NCBI GenBank assembly: GCA_964439095.1
Contig: CAYTMT010000002.1
Coordinates: 1 to 34,180 of the forward strand
Length of the DNA: 34,180 bases
Source of the DNA: an uncultured Gammaproteobacteria bacterium
Lineage (GTDB): Bacteria > Patescibacteriota > Patescibacteriia > Magasanikbacterales > GWA2-37-8
Direction: 5' to 3'
In this document: one piece after another, positions 9,153 through 17,496 of the stretch
Layout: the number at the start of each line of letters is the position of its first letter
Position numbering within the stretch: position 1 is the stretch's first letter
Translations under genes and position numbers: made by a program
Notes under the pieces: generated by a model
Told to the model about the DNA's origin: nothing
Databases searched by the model: none
Seen by the model: only the letters and a program-made list of their open reading frames with translations

Positions 9153-9186
9153 ACAGAGCCCAGAAAATAAAGGCTCTGTTTTATTT
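9153..9186 (+). terminator. Intrinsic terminator after tRNA-Cys
   Basis: Stem acagagcc 9153-9160 pairs with ggctctgt 9172-9179, followed by ttttattt. Confidence 0.75.
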
Positions 9187-9222
9187 GCCGAGCAACCAAA
9201 AAACACGTACAATGTGGGTACT

Positions 9223-11907
9223 ATGAAACGTTTGGTACTATTTGATGGCAATGCCATCATTCATCGGGGTTATCATGCTATTCCTCCGCTTACCACCAAA
9301 GCGGGGGTGATGGTGAACGCGGTGTATGGATTTGCCGCCATGCTACTCAGGGTATGGGCAGAACTAAAACCGGACTATGTGGCGGTGACGTTTGATATGA
9401 AAGGCCCAACGTCCCGTAATGAAAAATTTGTCGACTACAAAGCCACAGGGGTAAAGGCTGATCAAGAATTATACGATCAAATTCCGTTGGTGCATCGGTT
9501 GGTAGAGGCTTTTAATATTCCTATTTTTGAAAAACAAGGATATGAAGCGGATGATGTGATTGGTACTGTAGTGGAACAATTTAAAGATGATCAAGATTTG
9601 GAAACATATATAATCACCGGGGATAAAGACACGCTTCAGTTGGTTACCGATCAGGTAAAAGTATTTGCTTTGCGTAAGGGGATTAATGATACAGTGGTAT
9701 ATGATCGCGCGGAGGTGAACAATCGATTTGGTTTTGGCCCAGAGCATGTGGTGGATTTTAAGGCTTTGGCCGGAGATAGTTCGGACAATATTCCGGGTGT
9801 GCCGGGGGTTGGTGAAAAAACTGCCACAGGGCTCATTCAACAATTTGGTGGTATTGAAAAAATTTACCAAGCAGTGAAAGCGCAGAGCGCCGAGGAGTTG
9901 GGAATGTCTGCCAGTGTTTATAAAAAATTAGTGGATGGAGAGGCGAGCGCGCGGATGAGTTTTGAGTTGGCTACAATTCATCGATCGGTACCAGAAGTGA
10001 ATGTAAAGTTGGCGGATTGTGTGGCGAAAGATTTTGATTTAGAAAAAGTAAAAGCAATTTTTCAGGAGTTTGAATTTTTTTCTTTGCTGAAGCGGGTACC
10101 GGGGCTGGAAGGGGAAATGTCGGGGAAAATGAAAAATAAAAAAACAACAACAAATAAAAAGGCAGCCACTGCTATGGCTCGTGAGGAGGTACAGCCAGTG
10201 ACTGTTGGGTCAATTTCTGAAGCAGAAGAGCTAGTCGTTCGTGTGCGTGGAGAGAAAAAATTTGGCATGTCGCTACTTAATCCACAAGCTGATGTTTTGA
10301 GCAGCGAAGTGCCGGCTGTGGTGTTGGTGGTGCAAGAGGAAGCGTTTCGTATCCCCGATATTCGTTGGTGTGTTTCGTTGTTGGGGTTAGACGAAGTAGA
10401 AATGATAGGACATGATCTTAAAAAAATAATCAAAGCGGCGCATCGTCATGGGGTAAGTGTAAAAAATAAATTGTTTGATGTAATGGTGGCGTCTTATTTG
10501 CTTAATCCAGGAAGTCGCACTCATGATATTCCCAGTATTTTATTTAAATCTTTAGGTAAAACAATCTCTGGAGAAGGTGGGCAAAACAGCTTGTTTGGCG
10601 CAGATGCTGGTAGGGTGGGGGTAGAGCTGCAATTGTTGTTGGCCGCGGCCGAAGGATTGCGCGCCGAGTTAAAAACTAACAACAACGAAGGATTGTTTCA
10701 AAAAATAGAAATGCCAGTACTGTCGGTGTTAGCCAATATGGAACTGAACGGCATGGCAGTGGACAAAGAATTGCTCGATAAATTATCTCATAAGGTAGCC
10801 GAGGATGTGGCCGCGGCTACGGCCACCATATACGCGTTGGCCGGAAAAGAGTTTAATATTTCTTCGCCGCTACAATTGCGCGACATTCTTTTTGATACGC
10901 TTAACATTTCGGTTGAAGGCATAAAAAAAGGCAAAACCGGATTATCTACTGCCTCGGCGGAATTAGAAAAAATGCGCGGCTTGCATCCGATTATCGAAGC
11001 GATTGAAACATATCGCGAATTAACCAAATTACAAAATACGTATATTGATGTTTTGCCAAATTTGATTAATAAAAATACTGGACGTATTCACACTACTTTT
11101 AATCAAACTGTGGCGGCTACTGGCCGGCTTTCCAGCTCCGACCCCAATATGCAAAACATTCCGGTGCGCACCGAATTGGGGCGTGAGATTCGAAAAGCAT
11201 TTATAGCTGAACCGGGAAATATTTTGGTGAGCGCTGATTATTCGCAAATCGAATTGCGTATTGTAGCATCGCTGGCCAAAGACGAAAAAATGATGCAGAT
11301 TTTTGCCGACGGTTTGGATATTCATCGGGCCACGGCCGCGGCCATAAACAATGTACCGCTCGCAGAGGTGACCAAAGAAATGCGTTACGGCGCGAAAGAA
11401 GTTAATTTTGGCGTGCTCTATGGTATGGGTTCGTATGGGTTAAGTTCGCGTACCGGCATTACCCATTGGCAAGCTAAAGAGTTTATTGAAAAATATTTTC
11501 AGGAGTTTAAAGGAGTGAAAAAATATATTGAGGAAACATTGGCGTTTACGCGTCAAGAAGGATTTTGCGAAACATTGTTTGGTCGCCGCCGATATATTCC
11601 CGAACTGGCCAGTAAAAATTTTCAACTCCGCGCCATGGGTGAGCGTATGGCGGTGAATCATCCTATACAGGGTACAGCCGCCGATTTAATGAAAATGGCC
11701 ATGATCGCGGTGGCGAAAAAAATTGAAGGCAATAAAGATGTACGGATGATTTTGCAGGTGCATGATGAATTGGTGTTCGAAGTAACGCGGGGTAAAGAAA
11801 AAGAAGTGGGTGATATGGTAAAAGAAACGATGGAACAGGTGGTAATACTCAATGTGCCGGTTTTGGTGGATGTACATGCGAATGGAAACTGGGGGGAGAT
11901 AAAGTAG
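9223..11907 (+). CDS. polA: DNA polymerase I
   Basis: 894 aa from the ATG at 9223 (MKRLVLFDGNAIIHRGYHA is the 5'-3' exonuclease N-terminus). Polymerase motifs DYSQIELR, RYGAKEVNFGVLYG and QVHDELVFE. The ORF-track start at 9031 would read through tRNA-Cys. Confidence 0.95.
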   Translation: MKRLVLFDGNAIIHRGYHAIPPLTTKAGVMVNAVYGFAAMLLRVWAELKPDYVAVTFDMKGPTSRNEKFVDYKATGVKADQELYDQIPLVHRLVEAFNIPIFEKQGYEADDVIGTVVEQFKDDQDLETYIITGDKDTLQLVTDQVKVFALRKGINDTVVYDRAEVNNRFGFGPEHVVDFKALAGDSSDNIPGVPGVGEKTATGLIQQFGGIEKIYQAVKAQSAEELGMSASVYKKLVDGEASARMSFELATIHRSVPEVNVKLADCVAKDFDLEKVKAIFQEFEFFSLLKRVPGLEGEMSGKMKNKKTTTNKKAATAMAREEVQPVTVGSISEAEELVVRVRGEKKFGMSLLNPQADVLSSEVPAVVLVVQEEAFRIPDIRWCVSLLGLDEVEMIGHDLKKIIKAAHRHGVSVKNKLFDVMVASYLLNPGSRTHDIPSILFKSLGKTISGEGGQNSLFGADAGRVGVELQLLLAAAEGLRAELKTNNNEGLFQKIEMPVLSVLANMELNGMAVDKELLDKLSHKVAEDVAAATATIYALAGKEFNISSPLQLRDILFDTLNISVEGIKKGKTGLSTASAELEKMRGLHPIIEAIETYRELTKLQNTYIDVLPNLINKNTGRIHTTFNQTVAATGRLSSSDPNMQNIPVRTELGREIRKAFIAEPGNILVSADYSQIELRIVASLAKDEKMMQIFADGLDIHRATAAAINNVPLAEVTKEMRYGAKEVNFGVLYGMGSYGLSSRTGITHWQAKEFIEKYFQEFKGVKKYIEETLAFTRQEGFCETLFGRRRYIPELASKNFQLRAMGERMAVNHPIQGTAADLMKMAMIAVAKKIEGNKDVRMILQVHDELVFEVTRGKEKEVGDMVKETMEQVVILNVPVLVDVHANGNWGEIK

Positions 11908-11911
11908 ATGT

Positions 11912-11948
11912 AAATAAAAAACTGCCCCAGTGTTTGGAGCAGTTTTTA
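11912..11948. terminator. Bidirectional terminator between convergent polA and the DoxX gene
   Basis: Imperfect stem actgcccca 11921-11929 pairs with ttggagcagt 11934-11943, flanked by an A-run and a T-run. Confidence 0.6.
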
Positions 11949-11958
11949 GTTTTAGAGC

Positions 11959-12447
11959 TTATTTTTTTTCGCATCCACCACCACAGCAGTCTTCTTTTTT
12001 ATCACAACCTTCTTTGTCACGGCAGGATTCTTTTTCCATACAGCGGGGGCAGCAACCATCCATAAGGCTGAATTTACCGCTTCCAGAAACAGCTAAAGCT
12101 AGTGAATAGGCCAAGAGAGCAAGCGGAGCGAAGGCATCTTTGAAAGATCCTGAGCGGTGAACGGTGAGGAGTGCTACGACCATCACCAGAGACAATAACA
12201 TAGCAGCGTGACGAGCAAGTACGCCCAGAATTACGAGAGCGCCCGCAACAACTTCGGTAATACCAACAAGGTAAACCCAAAATAATGGCATAGGAAAACC
12301 GATAGAGCCAAACCATCCAGCAGTCATTCCGGCTTGGGCAAGCTTACCGTAACCTGCAAAGATGAAAATAGCACCAACTACTAGGCGTGAGACAAGCAAT
12401 GCTCCGTCTTGGATGGATTCATAGCAGTGACGATTTTTTTGACACAT
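11959..12447 (-). CDS. DoxX-family membrane protein with Cys-rich C-terminal tail
   Basis: Four predicted TM helices with a DoxX-like pattern (RLVVGAIFIFAGYGKL...). The tail is GCCPRCMEKESCRDKEGCDKKEDCCGGGCEKK, with 8 Cys in its last ~32 residues. Confidence 0.75.
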   Translation of the reverse strand: MCQKNRHCYESIQDGALLVSRLVVGAIFIFAGYGKLAQAGMTAGWFGSIGFPMPLFWVYLVGITEVVAGALVILGVLARHAAMLLSLVMVVALLTVHRSGSFKDAFAPLALLAYSLALAVSGSGKFSLMDGCCPRCMEKESCRDKEGCDKKEDCCGGGCEKK

Positions 12448-12464
12448 AAAATAAAAAATAAAAA

Positions 12465-13703
12465 TTATTTAGGTGATTGTTTGGCCAGGTGAATTATATA
12501 TCGAAAACCAAAAGTGTGCAATGTCCAGTCGAAAACCACAGACAGTTTACGGCGAAAGCCAGGCATTAAAAGCACGTATACTGTGCGACGAATCCACCAC
12601 ACCAAACGCCCGGAAAGATTAAAAGGACCAAGGGCGGCAATAGCGAACCAGTCACCAATGGGCAAAATCGTTCCATGGTTGTGGTAGACAAAAGGTTGGG
12701 ATGGATAAGTATTGTCCAGTAGTCGGGCAACAGTTTCACCAACGTATATTCCTTCTTGCTCAGCAGTTTGCCCCCATTGTGGAAATGGTTTTTGAGTTTT
12801 GGGGTTGGTGGCGAGGGCAATGTCGCCGACAGCGAATAAGTTTGGAAATTGGGTGTGGCGAAGGTGTTGGTCAACCGGGATACGGTCATTAAGGCACAGC
12901 GCGTCATCCAGGAAGCAATTGGCAATGTTGGCAAAACCAGCGGTCCAAATGGTAATCGTGCTGGCAATTTCGGAGTTATCACCAAGTACAATGCTGGATT
13001 GACGCACTTCTGTTACTCGAGTGTTGGTAATAATTTTAACTTTACCAATTTTTTGGAGACGATCCGTAGCGGTACAGCGGAGAGAGTCAGGAAGTTGAGA
13101 TAAAAGCAGGTTACTCGTTTCAATAAGAGTGATTGAGATTTTCTTCTGAGGATATAGAGCAGCTACGTCATATTCTGCAAAGTGAGCAAATTGTCCTGCA
13201 ACTTCAACGCCTGTTGGTCCGCCGCCAACAATCACTAGGTTAATTGGCTCGGAATTTGTGTTTTCCAGTAGGGCAATGAGTTTGTCGTGGAGTGCTAGTG
13301 CTGCGGGGAGGGTGCGTACATGGTGAGCAAATTGTTCGGCTCCAGGGGTAATGAAATTAGTGCGACTACCCAAGGCAACTGTGCAATAGTCATAAGGAAT
13401 GTCACCGACTGAAGTGGTAACCGTGTTGGTGTTTGGGTTAATATGGAGAACTTGGGCTTGGATAAACTGATGAGGGGTATTGTGAAGCAGCTCTCGGATT
13501 GGCACAGCCACATGACTAGGTTCTATGGAGCCGCTCGCTACCTCGTGGAGCATGGGGGTAAAGGTGAAGTAGTTGTTTTGGTCAATGAGAGTGATTACCG
13601 CCGATGATCTTCGACGGCGTATTTCTTTGTTTAGTTTGCGAAAAGTGGCAATTCCACCCAAACCAGCGCCAAGAATGAGAATGCGTTGTTTTCTTTCGGT
13701 CAT
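12465..13703 (-). CDS. ndh: Type II NADH dehydrogenase-like FAD-dependent pyridine nucleotide-disulfide oxidoreductase
   Basis: 412 aa. Two Rossmann GxGxxG motifs (ILILGAGLGG, VIVGGGPTGVE), the LFAVGDIA motif, and an amphipathic C-terminal membrane-anchor-like segment. Confidence 0.85.
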   Translation of the reverse strand: MTERKQRILILGAGLGGIATFRKLNKEIRRRRSSAVITLIDQNNYFTFTPMLHEVASGSIEPSHVAVPIRELLHNTPHQFIQAQVLHINPNTNTVTTSVGDIPYDYCTVALGSRTNFITPGAEQFAHHVRTLPAALALHDKLIALLENTNSEPINLVIVGGGPTGVEVAGQFAHFAEYDVAALYPQKKISITLIETSNLLLSQLPDSLRCTATDRLQKIGKVKIITNTRVTEVRQSSIVLGDNSEIASTITIWTAGFANIANCFLDDALCLNDRIPVDQHLRHTQFPNLFAVGDIALATNPKTQKPFPQWGQTAEQEGIYVGETVARLLDNTYPSQPFVYHNHGTILPIGDWFAIAALGPFNLSGRLVWWIRRTVYVLLMPGFRRKLSVVFDWTLHTFGFRYIIHLAKQSPK

Positions 13704-13797
13704 ACATGATGGTTAAGAGCACCTTTCATAATAGTGGAGTTGGGCAAAAAACACAACAGTTGTATTTTGGTTTTTTTCCAGTTAGAATGAATACACT

Positions 13798-14763
13798 ATG
13801 ATTATTTTTTTCTATGGTGAGGATACATTCCGCAGCCGCACTCGATTACGAGAGCAGATTAAACGTTTTAAAGATGCGCGGGATCCAGCTGGGTATAATG
13901 TGGTTTTTTTAAATGCAAAGAGCGCGGATATAGATCGAGTGCAGGGAGAGTTGGTGGTGGCTCCTTTTTTGGCAGAAAAAAGGATGGTGGTAATTGATAA
14001 TATTTTGAGTATTTCTGATAAAAAATTATTGGCGGCTTTGATTGAAATGGTGCGAGAAAAAAAAGTACCAGAAAGTACTGTAGCTGTTTTTTGGCAAGGA
14101 GAAACCGTGGGAAAAACCAATGAAGCTAAAGAATTGTTGGAATTATTAAAAAAAGAGAAATATGCCGAAGATTTTACATTACTCCCCCCTCTCCAGATGC
14201 GATCGTGGGTTGCGGCAGAAATTGCAACACAGGGTGGAAAAATTAACGGGAAAGGCCTAGATGCTTTAGTGGCTGTTGGTGGAAGCGATATGTGGTTGTT
14301 AGATGGGATGGTTCGTCAGCTGGTTGCCTTTGCCAACGGGGCAGAGATAACGGCAGCGAATATTTCCTTGTTTGCTCCAGAATCAACGGACGATAACGTG
14401 TTTGCGCTTACCGATGCTTTGGCGGCAGGTAATAGTGCATTAGCCATCCGATTGTTGTCTGAGGAACGTCGGGCAGGCCTGGAAGATGGGTACATTTTCG
14501 CTATGATTGTTCGGCAGTTTCGGATAATTTTGCAATTACGAGCGGCGCTTGAGGAATCAAAACAGGTTTCTAGTGAGGTGTTGGCGAAACGTTTTTCTAT
14601 CCATCCTTTTGTGGTTAAAAAAAGCTTGCCTATAGCCGAGCGTTATTCGCTGGAAGAATTGACGTGTGTTTTTCAAGCGTTGCTGCATATAGATGAACAA
14701 ACAAAAACTGGTCGTGGTGACCAGTCGTTGCTTGTTGATATGTTTACTTTGAGTCGAAGGTAA
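13798..14763 (+). CDS. holA: DNA polymerase III delta subunit
   Basis: 321 aa. N-terminal IFFYGEDTF pattern and overall delta (clamp-loader) length and helical C-terminal domain. TAGAAT at 13783-13788 lies 9 nt before the ATG. Confidence 0.75.
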   Translation: MIIFFYGEDTFRSRTRLREQIKRFKDARDPAGYNVVFLNAKSADIDRVQGELVVAPFLAEKRMVVIDNILSISDKKLLAALIEMVREKKVPESTVAVFWQGETVGKTNEAKELLELLKKEKYAEDFTLLPPLQMRSWVAAEIATQGGKINGKGLDALVAVGGSDMWLLDGMVRQLVAFANGAEITAANISLFAPESTDDNVFALTDALAAGNSALAIRLLSEERRAGLEDGYIFAMIVRQFRIILQLRAALEESKQVSSEVLAKRFSIHPFVVKKSLPIAERYSLEELTCVFQALLHIDEQTKTGRGDQSLLVDMFTLSRR

Positions 14764-14766
14764 CAA

Positions 14767-15027
14767 TTATTTTTTACCTTTGGCGTTTACTTTGCTCATT
14801 AAGCGGGAGAGTTTGCGAGCGGCTGTATTTTTTTTGATAGTATTTTTCTTGGCTGCTTTGTCGAGTGCCTGTTGAGCAGTGCGAACGAGTTTGAGTGCTT
14901 CTTCTTTGCTGGCAGCGGCCAGAGCTTTTTTAATTGCGTCGCGGAAGGCAGTTTTGCGGGCTTTGTTGCGCAAGGTGCGAACTTTGGCTTGGCGCAGGGC
15001 CTTGCGAGCATTGGCTTGATTTGGCAT
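14767..15027 (-). CDS. rpsT: 30S ribosomal protein S20
   Basis: 86 aa, MPNQANARKALRQAKVRTLRNKARKTAFRDAIKK..., a typical S20. Confidence 0.93.
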   Translation of the reverse strand: MPNQANARKALRQAKVRTLRNKARKTAFRDAIKKALAAASKEEALKLVRTAQQALDKAAKKNTIKKNTAARKLSRLMSKVNAKGKK

Positions 15028-15049
15028 ATAGACGAATAAAAGATGTTTT

Positions 15050-15073
15050 AAAAAACCAATTGAGAGCTATTGG
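15050..15073 (-). terminator. Hairpin plus U-tract between rmuC and rpsT (rmuC terminator or rpsT leader element)
   Basis: ccaat 15056-15060 pairs with attgg 15069-15073, and an A6 run at 15050-15055 gives a U-tract on the minus strand. A candidate rpsT promoter lies upstream on the minus strand: TTGACT (15104-15109), 17-nt spacer, TATTCT (15081-15086). Confidence 0.45.
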
Positions 15074-15111
15074 TGAGGATAGAATACCTGAAAAAAAGAG
15101 AAAAGTCAATA

Positions 15112-16194
15112 CTACTCGCCGTTTTCGATATTTGGTCGGTCAATTTGGAGTGGTTCGATCTGTTTTTCTCCTCCGGTGATGCGCATAATGTCTTTATCTA
15201 CCTTGCCCAGTTCTTTGGAGGCGTGGTTGTAGCTGTTGACGGTGGTCTGGAGGTTATTTCCTAGTTTTTTAAAATATTCATCGTAAGCAGCCAGGTGTTT
15301 GCCTAGTTCCTCAATACGTTTACGAATTTCTTTGGCTGATTCTTCAATTTGCAGCGCGCGTAATCCTTGGAGTACGGTTTGAAGATAGGCCAAGAATGAA
15401 GTGGGAGAAACAATGATTACATGGTATTTGCTGGCAGCACGTTGGATAAGGTTTTCATTCACCCCCTCTAGAGCGCCCACCTTGTTAGTGAGCAAGTCGT
15501 AATAAATAGCTTCGTGGGGAATAAACATAAATGCAAAATCCATCGTACCTTCGTGTGGGCGGATGTATTTGGAGGTTTCTAAGATGCGTTCTTTAAGGTC
15601 GTTGATAAAAGTTTTTTCAAATTCTTTTTTGGCTACGTCGTTTTTTTCTTCAATGAGGCGGTTATAGTTTTCTAAGGAAAATTTGGAATCAATAGGAATG
15701 ATTTTGTCTTTAACGAACACTGCCGCGTCTACAATTTCACCATCATTAAAAGTATATTGCATTTGAAAACTGTCAGGGGCGAGGGTGTTTTTGAGTAGTG
15801 TTTCTAAGTAGTATTCACCAAGGATCCCGCGCTGTTTGGGGTTTTTAAGAATGTCCTGCAAGCTTTGGAGCTGGTCGGCAAAAGCCACTACTTGACGGTT
15901 GGTTTCATCGAGTTTGGTGAGCTGGGCAGTAACATCGGTAATAATTTTTACGCTTTGACCGAACTGGGTTTGGAGGGTTTGGTGGAGATTGGTTTGCGAT
16001 TCAGTCATAGCGCGATGTGTTTCGGCGTTTTTTTGGTCCAACTGCCGACCTAAATCTTGGAGTTGTTGTTGGAGCATTAAAAACAAATTTTGATCACCCT
16101 CTTTTGGTTGCTGGTTTTTGATAATTTTTTGGGCAAAATATACCAACGCAATGAGCAGGGTGATAATGAGAATGATAAGAAGCGTTGTTTCCAT
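15112..16194 (-). CDS. rmuC: DNA recombination protein RmuC
   Basis: 360 aa. N-terminal TM helix, long coiled coil, and a C-terminal RmuC nuclease-like domain (IPIDSKF..., DFAFMFIPHEAIY, IIVSPTSFLAYL). Confidence 0.9.
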   Translation of the reverse strand: METTLLIILIITLLIALVYFAQKIIKNQQPKEGDQNLFLMLQQQLQDLGRQLDQKNAETHRAMTESQTNLHQTLQTQFGQSVKIITDVTAQLTKLDETNRQVVAFADQLQSLQDILKNPKQRGILGEYYLETLLKNTLAPDSFQMQYTFNDGEIVDAAVFVKDKIIPIDSKFSLENYNRLIEEKNDVAKKEFEKTFINDLKERILETSKYIRPHEGTMDFAFMFIPHEAIYYDLLTNKVGALEGVNENLIQRAASKYHVIIVSPTSFLAYLQTVLQGLRALQIEESAKEIRKRIEELGKHLAAYDEYFKKLGNNLQTTVNSYNHASKELGKVDKDIMRITGGEKQIEPLQIDRPNIENGE

Positions 16195-16259
16195 AAAAAA
16201 ATTGAGGAATAATAGGGGTATGATAGCGCAAAGAAGTTAGTAGGGCAATATGCGAATTG

Positions 16260-16288
16260 TTGCCAAATGACACGTTTTTCGCTATAGT
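16260..16288 (+). promoter_or_regulatory. Promoter for tRNA-Arg
   Basis: TTGCCA 16260-16265, 17-nt spacer, TATAGT 16283-16288. The tRNA begins at 16301. Confidence 0.6.
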
Positions 16289-16300
16289 GACGGTGCTTTG

Positions 16301-16372
16301 GTCCTCGTAGCTCAACGGATAGAGCAGATCCGTCCTAAGGATAAGATAGGGGTTCAATTCCCTTCGAGGGCA
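16301..16372 (+). tRNA. tRNA-Arg (CCT)
   Basis: Hand-folded. Acceptor GTCCTCG/CGAGGGC (one G-U pair), D arm GCTC-AACGGATA-GAGC, anticodon loop GTCCTAA, T arm AGGGG-TTCAATT-CCCTT, discriminator A. No encoded CCA. Confidence 0.85.
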
Positions 16373-16693
16373 CTTCGTATTGACTGGGTGCTAATAATGT
16401 ATTACAGTAAAAAAACTTGCCCACAATCTCGTGGCTAGTTTAGCTCTTTCCCCTAGCATCTTCGGAGATTTTCCATGCCTACTCCGCTTGATCTGGAGTG
16501 TTCGTTTTTCCTGGTGGCTGTCTACATAACGATGCTCGACGGTTTTACGCTCGTTTTTTTGAAGGAGTTCCTTAAGATTTGGGGAGAAGATGGGTGGCCG
16601 GCGGTCAACAGGAGGAGGTTTCTTTCTCGCCGTTTGAGGCGATCGAACCGCCATTGAGGCACGTTCTTGTTCGGTCAGTCTTTGGCTCGGGCA
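16373..16693. other. Unassigned ~320-nt segment between tRNA-Arg and a strong plus-strand terminator (coding status ambiguous)
   Basis: It contains overlapping opposite-strand ORFs: 16391-16654 minus (87 aa, very basic, low complexity) and 16475-16657 plus (60 aa). Neither resembles a family I recognise. The only clear signal is the plus-strand terminator at 16694-16715. Confidence 0.3.
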
Positions 16694-16715
16694 CCCCTCC
16701 TTCGGGAGGGTTTTT
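16694..16715 (+). terminator. Strong intrinsic terminator (plus strand only)
   Basis: ccctcc 16694-16699, ttcg tetraloop, ggaggg 16704-16709, then T6 at 16710-16715. There is no T-tract on the opposite strand. Confidence 0.85.
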
Positions 16716-16739
16716 TCTTTCTAGGGGTAAAACGAGCAC

Positions 16740-16768
16740 TTGATTTCTTGTAGAAATTCGGTTAGGAT
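16740..16768 (+). promoter_or_regulatory. Promoter for tRNA-Ala
   Basis: TTGATT 16740-16745, 17-nt spacer, TAGGAT 16763-16768. The tRNA begins at 16781. Confidence 0.5.
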
Positions 16769-16780
16769 AGGTGCGTAACT

Positions 16781-16854
16781 GGGCCTATGGTGTAGTGGTA
16801 TGCCGCAGCATTCGCATTGCTGAAGCGGCAGTCCGATTCTGCCTAGGTCCACCA
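16781..16854 (+). tRNA. tRNA-Ala (CGC), CCA encoded
   Basis: Acceptor GGGCCTA/TAGGTCC containing the G3-U70 alanine identity pair, anticodon stem CAGCA/TGCTG with loop TTCGCAT, T arm GGCAG-TCCGATT-CTGCC, discriminator A followed by CCA (16852-16854). The D stem needs G-U pairs. Confidence 0.85.
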
Positions 16855-16904
16855 AATTTGATATCAAAAGAAGTTCCTGCTTCTTTAAAATTAAAATGCT
16901 CGCC

Positions 16905-16933
16905 TTGACAGGCGGGCTCTTTCATGCTATGAT
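16905..16933 (+). promoter_or_regulatory. Near-consensus sigma70 promoter for the 17010 gene
   Basis: TTGACA 16905-16910, 17-nt spacer, TATGAT 16928-16933. The leader has a small hairpin (ctcaca/tgtgag) and an SD GAGGGG at 17001-17006. Confidence 0.7.
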
Positions 16934-17009
16934 ATAGCGTTATTGGAATCATTTTCAATATCCCACTCCACGATGGAATCGCGGTAGTCTCACACCCTGT
17001 GAGGGGTAG

Positions 17010-17354
17010 ATGGTTAAAATTTTCAGCAATCTCCTGGCCTTGTCCATGCTGTTCTTGGTACAAGTTTTTGAAGGCTGCGTCTTAAGCGTGTTGTGGGGAT
17101 GGTTCCTGGTGCCGGTGGGGGTGCAGAGCGTTGGCGTGGTCCGCGCCGTCGGTATTGTGTTGATGGTGCGTTTTATTGCTACGCAGAGGTTGGTTTCTTC
17201 TCAGGAAGAAAAGAAGAAAATCAGCGAGATGATGGAGAACCGCTACGAGAGGCTGGACGAAATCCATGCGATGACGGTGGGTATGGTCGCACAGGCGGTC
17301 CACAAGTCTGTGCTCGCTCTTTTCTTTGGCTGGATCATTCACCTGTTCATGTGA
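17010..17354 (+). CDS. Hypothetical small membrane protein (114 aa, about 3 TM)
   Basis: Chosen over the overlapping frames (17093-17467 plus, 17082-17447 minus) for four reasons: an upstream promoter, an SD, hydrophobic helices, and a terminator 20 nt after the stop. Locally GC-rich. Confidence 0.55.
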   Translation: MVKIFSNLLALSMLFLVQVFEGCVLSVLWGWFLVPVGVQSVGVVRAVGIVLMVRFIATQRLVSSQEEKKKISEMMENRYERLDEIHAMTVGMVAQAVHKSVLALFFGWIIHLFM

Positions 17355-17374
17355 CAGGCGGAGTATCCCCAACA

Positions 17375-17414
17375 AGGCACCTTGCGATTCGTCGTTCGGT
17401 GCCTCTTCTTTTTT
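17375..17414 (+). terminator. Intrinsic terminator
   Basis: aggcacc 17375-17381 pairs with ggtgcct 17398-17404, followed by cttctttttt. Confidence 0.7.
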
Positions 17415-17496
17415 CAAAATACCTTTGTGTACTATGGATAAAAGCATTTTTTAGGAGTATCTTATAGGTAGGTATAATTCCTAATTTGTAGAATTT

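Noticed and set aside
9031-9222. N-terminal extension of the polA ORF as listed in the ORF track (start 9031).
   Set aside because: The extension reads straight through a well-folded tRNA-Cys (9074-9145) and its terminator. The conserved 5'-3' exonuclease N-terminus MKRLVLFDGNA starts at the ATG at 9223.
16094-17063. ORFs 16094-16357 (-) and 16785-17063 (-) from the track.
   Set aside because: They overlap tRNA-Arg and tRNA-Ala respectively, as well as their promoters, and have no coding features.
17082-17467. Alternative frames (17093-17467 +, 17082-17447 -) in the GC-rich segment.
   Set aside because: High GC generates long spurious ORFs. Only 17010-17354 is flanked by promoter, SD and terminator and encodes plausible TM helices. 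The alternatives are Arg/Gly/His-rich.
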